Positions 47,174 to 53,951 of a DNA stretch of 53,951 bases are shown here, piece after piece. The stretch is from assembly GCA_022545455.1 (NCBI GenBank), contig JACZQZ010000001.1:29907-83857 (forward strand), in the 5' to 3' direction. Origin of the DNA: Pseudomonadota bacterium. Lineage in GTDB: Bacteria > Pseudomonadota > Alphaproteobacteria > Rhodospirillales > 2-02-FULL-58-16. Position numbers and translations under genes: made by a program. How positions within the stretch are numbered: position 1 is the stretch's first letter; the number at the start of each line of letters is the position of its first letter. Under the pieces are notes generated by a model. The model was given only the letters and a program-made list of their open reading frames with translations. It was not told where the DNA came from and did not search any database.

Positions 47174-48316
47174 TCAACTCTCGGTCACCGTCTTGAAGCA
47201 GTCGATCAGCGCGCGCATGTGGCGTTCCCAGGTGAAGCGCTCCTTGACCCGCGCCTTGCCGCGCTCCCTGCACCGGGCCCTGAGGTCGGCCCCGGCGTCC
47301 AGTTCCAGGAGCCGCGCGCACACGTCTTCCGGATTTCCAGGTTCGAAGTATAGCGCCGCGTCACCGCAGATCTCCCGGTGGATGGGGATGTCCGCGGCGA
47401 CGACCGGGACGCCGACGGCCATGGCTTCGACCAGGGGAAAACCGAAGGTTTCCGTCAGCGACGGGAACACCAGAACGTCATGATCCGCCAACGCCGTCCC
47501 CACGTCGGTGTGGGCAAGGCGTCCGAGGGTCAGGTATCCGGTCCGTTGGTCCTGGCGCAGGACGCCGATGTCCTCGTGCCCGGTCGACCAGATGGCGAAG
47601 TCCTCGGGCTCCATGGTGATCCGCGCATGGGCCGCGACCCCTTTTTGGTTGAGGAGTTCCGTGGCCCTGGCCAGGGTATGGGGGTCCTTGTGGGGATAGT
47701 AAATGGAAAGGTAAATGATCTTGAGGGTCCCGTCCCCGCGCCATGGCCGCGCGCGGGCGACCTTGAACAGCTCGTCGTCGGCACCCAGGTGGTTGACCGT
47801 CGACTTGACGGCGATGGAGGGGTCATACCGGGAAACGGACTCGAGGGACGTGCGCGACGGGAAAATCACCAGATCGGAATTCCGCGCCGACCACAGGACG
47901 AGGCGCCGTCTGAGCGCGAACGCCCGCCTCTCGGCATGGCTGAGCCGGGGCAGAATGTGCCGCTGGTACAACGGATCGAAGCTGGTCTCGCCCTGCACCA
48001 GCAGGACCTGGCGGATGGGCGGGCGCAGCAACCCATAGTTGGCCGTCGAGAACAGAATCTCGGCGCCGCTCTGTTCGACGAGGCGGCGCCAGATCAGCTG
48101 CTCCCATAGAAACCTGCGCAGCGCGCCGTAATGGGTGGCCCGCATGCTGCGCAGCTTGATCGTCGAGGCCTCGCCGCCGTCCGGCCGGGCCGAGAACCAC
48201 TCGGGCAAGAAAATGGTTCCCTGCTCGCCAAATTTGGACAAGTAATGGATGACGTTGGTCGTGTAGGTGACGATGCCTCCGGTGTGGGCGGAAATCGCGT
48301 TGACGATCAGGCGCAT
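47174..48316 (-). CDS. Glycosyltransferase family 4 (GT-B, Glycos_transf_1)
   Basis: MRLIVNAISAHTGG..., ...LVFPSLTETFGFPLVEAMAVGVPVVAADIP..REICGDAALYFEP (EX7E region). The start at 48316 lacks a clear SD and the upstream extension to 48490 is not GT-like. Confidence 0.85.
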   Translation of the reverse strand: MRLIVNAISAHTGGIVTYTTNVIHYLSKFGEQGTIFLPEWFSARPDGGEASTIKLRSMRATHYGALRRFLWEQLIWRRLVEQSGAEILFSTANYGLLRPPIRQVLLVQGETSFDPLYQRHILPRLSHAERRAFALRRRLVLWSARNSDLVIFPSRTSLESVSRYDPSIAVKSTVNHLGADDELFKVARARPWRGDGTLKIIYLSIYYPHKDPHTLARATELLNQKGVAAHARITMEPEDFAIWSTGHEDIGVLRQDQRTGYLTLGRLAHTDVGTALADHDVLVFPSLTETFGFPLVEAMAVGVPVVAADIPIHREICGDAALYFEPGNPEDVCARLLELDAGADLRARCRERGKARVKERFTWERHMRALIDCFKTVTES

Positions 48317-48565
48317 CGGAGAGGTGTATTCGACGGACCGGGGGTTGTCCACGCCGTTTTCCCCCTTGTCCGGGCGATGGATGCGTCGCGGGGAAATGGG
48401 AATCATGGGTCGCGCCGCGGGTCCGTCAATCCAATTTTGAAGCCGCGCAGCAGTGCGCCGGACCATGACGCCGGCCAATCGGATATCCATGCATCAGCAG
48501 CTCAAGGTCCTGTGCATTGCCGATATGAACGTGTACGCGAAGGGGCGGGCGCGGGCCCGCGCCCG

Positions 48566-48951
48566 CACCGAGAGGTCCAGGCGCTGCTTGCTGCGCGCGG
48601 TCTTGCCAATGTGCGGCTCGAGATGCGCGGCTCGAGATGCGCGGCCCAGAAACGTACGCCGCCCTCACCGGGTACCCGGACGCCCATTTCGACTTCGCCC
48701 TCGTCGACGGCGCCGACCGCGCGGGGTGCGTGGCCAGCGTGTTGCCCAAGCTGCGTCCGGGGGGATGGATCTATCTGGACAACTCGGACAAGGACATGAC
48801 CCTCGCCGACGGGAATTTGCGCCGCGCCGAGGCCCTGCTCGTCGAGGCCGCCCGGCGGTGCGGCGGGCCGGTCCGCTATTTCGTCGATTTCTCGCCGACC
48901 AACTTTTTCGTCGAGCAGGGAATGCTGGTGCGCATCACCGCGCACTCCTGA
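48566..48951 (+). pseudogene. C-terminal remnant of a class I SAM methyltransferase (Methyltransf_24-like) with a 14-bp tandem duplication
   Basis: ...FDFALVDGADRAGCVASVLPKLRPGGWIYLDNSD... is readable from 48637. GCGGCTCGAGATGC is duplicated (48613-48626, 48627-48640). Removing one copy joins the upstream frame ...EVQALLAARGLANVRLEMRG. The SAM-binding N-terminus is absent. Confidence 0.5.
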
Positions 48952-48976
48952 CCGGCGCCGGCGGTTCGGTTAGTAC

Positions 48977-50911
48977 CTACCGCGCCAGGTGCAGCCACCT
49001 GCGGGCGAGTACGGGTTCCCGGGGCAGGGTGCGGATCGGTTTGACGAAGTGTTCCCACCAGGCTTCGGCGATGAAGGGCCGCCACAGGACCCAGGCCAGG
49101 TGCGACTCCCCGTTCTCGAAGCGCCGCACCGCGTTGCGCCACCATTTCACGTTCCACCAGCCCCGGTTGGAGAACACGGGGTCGTGGAACAGGTCCTTCA
49201 CCGGGGCCAGGAGGGCTTCGCGGAACCAGGCGTCCTGGGGCGGCAGGAAGCCCTGTTTGCCCCACCGTGAAAGGATGCCGTCGGGAACGATGCCGCGCAT
49301 GGCCCGGCGCAGGAGACGCTTCGTCTGCGCCTCGCCCATAAGGTACTGGGGCGGCAGCGACAGCACGAGCTCGGCCAGCCGGTGGTCGCAGAAGGGCAGC
49401 CTCACCTCGCGCGAATGGGCCATGGAGTTGCGGTCGCCGTAGCGCAGCAGGGTGGGCAGATGGGCGACGAACGAATCCTCGCACAGGGTCCTGGCCAGGC
49501 CATGGTACGACGAGTCGGGGGTGCGCGCCGGGGGCGAATCGCCGGTGACCGATGCCCCGTCCATCAGGCCGAAGGCGAAGTCGCTCCCCACGCCGAGCAG
49601 GCGCGCGACGGCGGCGCGCGCGCTCTCCGGCATGGCGCGCTTCGCCGTCTGCGCCAGGCCGGGCAGGGCCAGGGGGTAGCGCGCCCGGATCGCTTTGCGT
49701 TCCCTCCGCGCCCGGCGGTGCTGGCCGGATTGGCGCAACGCCGTCAGGTAGTCGGGAAAGTACTGTTCGTAGCCGCCGAGGAGCTCGTCCCCGCCCTGGC
49801 CGTCGAGGAGCACGGTCACGTTTTCCTCCTTGGCCCGTTCGAAGACGCACCACTGGGCGTACTGGCTGGTGCTGCCGACCGGCAGCTCGTTCATCCAGAC
49901 GAAGGTCTCGATCTGGCCGAGCAGGTCGCCGGGCCGGGGCTCGACGACGTGGGCGACCACGTGGGTCTTGTCCACCACCTGCTCGGCGAACCGCCACTCG
50001 TCGTCGGCGCTCCCCGGGAAGCGGCCGCAGAACACGTGATAGGGCCTGTCGTCCCCGATCAGGTCGCGGGCGATGCACACCAGGGCGCTCGAACCGAGGC
50101 CGCCGGAGAGGCACGAGCCCACCTCGACGTCGCTGCGCAGGCGCAGGCGCACGGAATCGACCAGAAGCTCGCGGACGCGCTCCACCGCCTCCTCTTCGCC
50201 GAGACGGGCGAGGTCCGCATCCGGGGCCGGCGTCCAGTACGGCGTGATCTGGAACTCGAGCGTGTCGGTGTCCAGAACCAGCTTCTCGCCGCCCAGGAGC
50301 TGGCACACGTCGGAGAACACCGTCGCCCGCTCGTCGTCCAGCCCGCGCCGCGGCTGGTGGAGGAAGCGCATCATGCGAACGTCGTCGGTTTCGTCGGAGA
50401 CCTCGGCCAGGGCGTGGAGCGCCTTGTACTCGGACGCGAAGGCGAAGAATTCGCGGCCCCTGGCGAAGAGCAGGGGCTTTTCGGCGAAGCGGTCGCGGGC
50501 GAACAGCATCCGGCCCCTGGCGGCGTCGAACAGGGCGAAGGCGAACATGCCGTTGAGTTCCCTGAGCACGTCGTCGCCCCAGTGGAGGTAGCCCTGCAAA
50601 AGGACCTCGGTGTCCGTGCCCGATTCGAACTGGGCGCCCTCGGCGCGCAGCCGCGCGGCAAGCTCCACGTAGTTGTAGATTTCGCCGTTGAAGTTGACGA
50701 CCGCCCGGCCCTCGGGATCGCACATGGGCTGGCGGCCCCGCGGAGACGGATCGAGGATGGCCAGGCGGCGGTGGCCAAGGACGACGCGGCCGTCCAGGCC
50801 CGTCCACAGCCCGTCGCTGTCCGGCCCGCGGTGGACGAGGCGCTCGGTCATGGCCTCGACCGCTCGCGGATTCACCCGCGCCAAGCCTATGATTCCGGCA
50901 ATTCCGCCCAT
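48977..50911 (-). CDS. Asparagine synthase (glutamine-hydrolysing)-family protein with Gly in place of the N-terminal nucleophile Cys
   Basis: 644 aa. The GATase-2 domain carries HRGPD, LGHRRLAILD and NGEIYNY. The synthetase domain carries SCLSGGLGSS (PP-loop). Codon 2 is GGC (MGGIAG), not TGC (MCGIAG). Confidence 0.9.
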   Translation of the reverse strand: MGGIAGIIGLARVNPRAVEAMTERLVHRGPDSDGLWTGLDGRVVLGHRRLAILDPSPRGRQPMCDPEGRAVVNFNGEIYNYVELAARLRAEGAQFESGTDTEVLLQGYLHWGDDVLRELNGMFAFALFDAARGRMLFARDRFAEKPLLFARGREFFAFASEYKALHALAEVSDETDDVRMMRFLHQPRRGLDDERATVFSDVCQLLGGEKLVLDTDTLEFQITPYWTPAPDADLARLGEEEAVERVRELLVDSVRLRLRSDVEVGSCLSGGLGSSALVCIARDLIGDDRPYHVFCGRFPGSADDEWRFAEQVVDKTHVVAHVVEPRPGDLLGQIETFVWMNELPVGSTSQYAQWCVFERAKEENVTVLLDGQGGDELLGGYEQYFPDYLTALRQSGQHRRARRERKAIRARYPLALPGLAQTAKRAMPESARAAVARLLGVGSDFAFGLMDGASVTGDSPPARTPDSSYHGLARTLCEDSFVAHLPTLLRYGDRNSMAHSREVRLPFCDHRLAELVLSLPPQYLMGEAQTKRLLRRAMRGIVPDGILSRWGKQGFLPPQDAWFREALLAPVKDLFHDPVFSNRGWWNVKWWRNAVRRFENGESHLAWVLWRPFIAEAWWEHFVKPIRTLPREPVLARRWLHLAR

Positions 50912-50920
50912 CTAGGGTAA

Positions 50921-51184
50921 GTACCCTCTATCACAATAGGATGGTACGTGTGATCGTCTTTTCGCGTCTTTTGGGCAGGAAGCGTCGCGCCGGCGATGCG
51001 CGACATCGTCAAGCGGCGCTGACGCCCCCAAAAGGCGCGAAAAGCGACCCTTCGGGCGGCCATGGGTGGCCATCGGACGTCGTCGCGCGGCTCTCATGAT
51101 GGGCCCCCATCACGTCGAGGCGCGCTCCTCGCCGAATGACCACCCATGACCGTCACACGTGTCATCCTATTGTGATAGAGGGTA
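50921..51184. mobile_element. 264-bp MITE-like element with 23-bp perfect terminal inverted repeats
   Basis: GTACCCTCTATCACAATAGGATG (50921-50943) pairs with CATCCTATTGTGATAGAGGGTAC (51162-51184). The pairing extends imperfectly through TCACACGT. There is no transposase. It lies 9 bp upstream of the asnB-like start codon. Confidence 0.65.
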
Positions 51185-51333
51185 CCGGGCCGATCCCTCA
51201 GCGCGACAAGGCGGTTGTCCGCAAAGCGGTAATTCCCTTAAATATCGCCGTTTGGCGTTCGTATCCAGTATCGGTTTCGCACCGCCGCCTCCCGATCCTC
51301 CCGTCCCGGCGGCCCAAGGCGACGTTTGGCGGC

Positions 51334-51720
51334 ATGATGGCAGCCACGAACCTGTTTGAGCGCAGCCCCTTTGCCCGGGTCATGGCGGACGTGCCGGTGA
51401 CCGTCTATGACGTAGGCGCGCGGGGCGGCGTGGACCTGGATCTCCTGCCCCTCGCCTTCGCCGTCGACGCCGTCGCCTTCGAGCCCCATCCCGAGGAATA
51501 CAAGCGACTCGTGGACGGCGTGACCGGCTTCCTCACCGGCTTCGACGCCGCCCAGATCGCGGCAAGGATCACCCAGGTGGTCACCGACCGCCCGTTGCGG
51601 GACACCCTTGCGGCCAACGCCCGCGCCATGGCCGAAGCGGAGTACGCGACGGGCGTGTTCGCCCGGACCCTGGACGGGGAATGGCGCCGCAACTGGGACG
51701 AAGGCGTGGAAGGCGCCTGA
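51334..51720 (+). pseudogene. Chimeric ORF: FkbM-type methyltransferase fragment fused to a glycosyltransferase C-terminal fragment
   Basis: Residues ~20-58 are VYDVGARGGVDLDLLPLAFAVDAVAFEPHPEEYKRL (FkbM motif). From ~51510 the sequence reads GFLTGFDAAQIAARITQVVTDRPLRDTLAANARAMAEAEY (typical GT4 tail). Confidence 0.45.
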
Positions 51721-51818
51721 CGGAAACTGCTTGCCCGAATGGCCTGTTGACGGGGTCCGGCAGATGGTTTCCCCTTTGCCGGTAGACCACCGGGGGGAAA
51801 TCCGAAATAACCGGTTCC

Positions 51819-53951
51819 ATGGACGCCCGTAATTGCGTCGTCACCTACGACCCGTTGAGCCTGCGCTATGTCGACAGGTTGCGCAGGCGCCTCGGGTGTG
51901 CGTTCGAACAGGTCGTCGTCTCCGACGTCGGCGGGGCCGTCGCCGCCCTCAGGCTTTTCCGGGGGCTGGCGGCGGACACCCTCTACGTGCCCGTCGTCGA
52001 CGAGACGGCCCGCGGCCATCTGCCGTTGTTGAAGTGTCTTTGCCTGCTTGCCCGGGGCGGGAAACGTTGCGTCGTCAACCCCGATTTCCTGGTCTGGGAA
52101 TTCGGGCCGCTGGATTGCCTGTACGACGCCCTGCGCCTTGGCGGCGGCGTCCTTGGCGGCTGCGTGGCGCTGGTCGGCGAGTGGTTCCGGCTCGGCGCCC
52201 TTCTCCGGGCGCCGCGGATCGCGGTGCACGACACCGATTCCGGGTGCGTCCTTTACCTGGAGACCGGCCCCTGGCCCGGCGCGCAAGGGGCGGAGTCGGC
52301 GGCGCACAGGCGCGACGTGGTAGGCGCGCTCCTGCAACGGGGCCGCGCCGTGGACTTCGCCACGGCGGAGATGCCTCAGGGGCTGCCGCGCAGCAAGGGG
52401 CTCGGCATCCGTCTGATGGAGCCGCTGTACGGCTACGTGTTCCCCTGGGCGCTGAATTCCTATCGGCATACGGCGAAATTGACCGCCGCCGTCCGCCGGC
52501 TGCGGCCGGCCCGGTACGCCTTCATCTACCAGCGCCTGGCTCCGGGGACCGTCGCCGGCGTGGTCCTGTCCCGCCTCAGGCGGCTGCCGCTGGTCGTGGA
52601 ATACGGGGAATCCCCCGGCTCCCGCGCCGCGGACCCGGGACCGTCATTCAGACGCCTGGGCGCGAGGGCGCAGGCCGTGTGCCTGCGTCACGCGCACCGG
52701 ATCGTCGCCGTCTCCGATGGCGCGCGCGCCGAACTGATCGCCGCGGGGGTCGAGCCCGGCCGCATCGTCCTTTACCGGAGGGGCGGCGCCTTCTTCGATC
52801 CCGCACGGATCCTGCCGGAACGGATCGTGCGGGCGCCCGTTGCCGAGCCGGTTCCGCCCCGGCCGGTCAGGATCCTGGTCAACGGGCTGCATGCCAAGAC
52901 CGGCGGCGGGGTGACCTATTTGCGCAACGTGCTGCCGCTGCTGGCCGGCGATCCCGAGGTCAAGGTGCACCTGTGCGTGCACGAGGACCAGCGGCCCCTG
53001 CTGCCCGAGGACCTGGGCGGCGTGACCGTCCACTTCCTGTCGTTCAGATCGGGTTTCTGGCGGCTCCAGTTTCGCGAGCAGATCGAGGTGCCCCGGCTGG
53101 CCCGCCGGATCGGCGCCCACGTCACCTTCTCGCCGGCCAACTATGCGCCGCTGGCGGCGCCCAATTCCGTCATCCTGCTGCGCAACGCGCTCAGCGTCGC
53201 CTTCGTCGAACGGCGCCCGGTCAAGCTCGCCTACTGGGCCGCGGTGTACCTGGGCACGGCCCTTTCCCTGATGGTCTGCCGGCGGGCCATCGCCGTTTCG
53301 GACTACGCCCGGCGCTCGGCCGGCGGCGCCCTGCTGCGCCTTGTGGGGGGACGCATCATCGTCGTGCCCCATGGGGTCGGCCCCATCTTCTCGCCGCCGG
53401 AGGGGGCCTCCCGGCGGGAGAAATTCCTGCTCTCGGTGTCGGACATCTACGTGCAGAAAAACCTGAAGAACCTGCTCTACGCGGTGGCCAGGCTGCGCGC
53501 CAGCCACCCGGACATCACCCTCAAGATCGCCGGCCGGCCCATCGACGCCCACTACTTCGCGTCCCTCAAGCGCCGGGTCAGGCGCGACGGGCTGGAGGGA
53601 TGCGTGGAGTTCCTGGGGTACGTCCCGCCGGAGGACCTTGTGGATCTGTACCGCCGCTGCGCCGTCTTCGTCTTTCCCTCCAGCGTCGAGACGTTCGGCA
53701 ATCCCCTGGTCGAGGCCATGGCCTGCGGGGCGCCCATCGCCAGCTCGAACACCGCGGCCATGCCGGAGGTCCTGGGCGACGCCGCCGCCTATTTCGATCC
53801 CGCGGATGTGAAGGATATGGCCGGCGTGCTGGACGGCCTGCTGAACGATGCGGGCTGGCGCCGCGACCTCGGCGAAAAAGCGCTGGTCCGCTCCCGGGAA
53901 TTCTCCTGGCAACAAACCGCGGCCCGCACCCTGGAGGTCCTGAAGCAGGCC
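51819..53951 (+). CDS. Two-module glycosyltransferase ORF, 3' partial (runs off the window); absent from the supplied ORF track
   Basis: I translated 711 codons from ATG 51819 to 53951 without a stop. The first ~330 aa resemble a GT4 with an N-terminal extension (VLYLETGPW...AHRRDVV...FIYQRLAPGTVAGVVLSRLRRLPLVVEYGES...AVSDGARAELIAAGVEPGRIV) but lack the Glycos_transf_1 half. From PRPVRILVNGLHAKTGGGVTY onward it is a complete GT4 (VFPSSVETFGNPLVEAMACGAPIASSN). Confidence 0.75.
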   Translation, partial: MDARNCVVTYDPLSLRYVDRLRRRLGCAFEQVVVSDVGGAVAALRLFRGLAADTLYVPVVDETARGHLPLLKCLCLLARGGKRCVVNPDFLVWEFGPLDCLYDALRLGGGVLGGCVALVGEWFRLGALLRAPRIAVHDTDSGCVLYLETGPWPGAQGAESAAHRRDVVGALLQRGRAVDFATAEMPQGLPRSKGLGIRLMEPLYGYVFPWALNSYRHTAKLTAAVRRLRPARYAFIYQRLAPGTVAGVVLSRLRRLPLVVEYGESPGSRAADPGPSFRRLGARAQAVCLRHAHRIVAVSDGARAELIAAGVEPGRIVLYRRGGAFFDPARILPERIVRAPVAEPVPPRPVRILVNGLHAKTGGGVTYLRNVLPLLAGDPEVKVHLCVHEDQRPLLPEDLGGVTVHFLSFRSGFWRLQFREQIEVPRLARRIGAHVTFSPANYAPLAAPNSVILLRNALSVAFVERRPVKLAYWAAVYLGTALSLMVCRRAIAVSDYARRSAGGALLRLVGGRIIVVPHGVGPIFSPPEGASRREKFLLSVSDIYVQKNLKNLLYAVARLRASHPDITLKIAGRPIDAHYFASLKRRVRRDGLEGCVEFLGYVPPEDLVDLYRRCAVFVFPSSVETFGNPLVEAMACGAPIASSNTAAMPEVLGDAAAYFDPADVKDMAGVLDGLLNDAGWRRDLGEKALVRSREFSWQQTAARTLEVLKQA

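Noticed and set aside
50912-51097. 61-aa minus-strand ORF inside the MITE.
   Set aside because: It is Arg-rich, has no motif, lies entirely within the non-autonomous element, and is too small for a transposase.

Overview
High-G+C chromosomal window. Gene content and synteny look alphaproteobacterial, Rhodospirillales-like: petABC, hemF-trmL, NUDIX-cca, mtnP-mtnA-aldolase. Most of it is conserved core. This includes Sir2 deacylase, LMW-PTP, fructosamine kinase, an orphan E1-like TPP enzyme with Lrp and a CitE-like lyase, fhs, queD, a four-gene MoxR/DUF58/BatA-DUF4159 envelope operon, cytochrome bc1 and a methylthioadenosine salvage operon. Four parts are not ordinary. (1) 2531-7104 is a visibly lower-G+C accessory island bounded by inverted copies of a repeat module and peppered with GTCCGC...GCGGAC hairpins. 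It carries small secreted proteins, a rhomboid protease and several decayed gene fragments. (2) A family of GC-rich palindromic, MITE-like elements occurs at 1-143, 36231-36477, 36501-36828 and 46356-46475, sharing the hairpin CCGGGGGGACACCCCCCGG. (3) 39352-42330 holds a FlgO-like/OmpA-like lipoprotein pair and a PAS_5 gene, separated and flanked by two extremely AT-rich tracts with phased direct repeats. (4) 46240-53951 is a decaying surface-polysaccharide locus. It has a truncated flippase, a methyltransferase remnant with a 14-bp duplication, an AsnB homologue lacking the nucleophile Cys, a 264-bp MITE and a chimeric gene fragment. It also has a 711-codon two-module glycosyltransferase ORF that runs off the window end and is absent from the supplied ORF track. 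I found no rRNA, tRNA, CRISPR array, integrase or transposase. My best candidates for an undescribed system are the AT-flanked FlgO/OmpA/PAS_5 cassette, the MoxR operon and the orphan E1-like/Lrp/lyase module. All functional assignments come from motif recognition by eye, not from searches.
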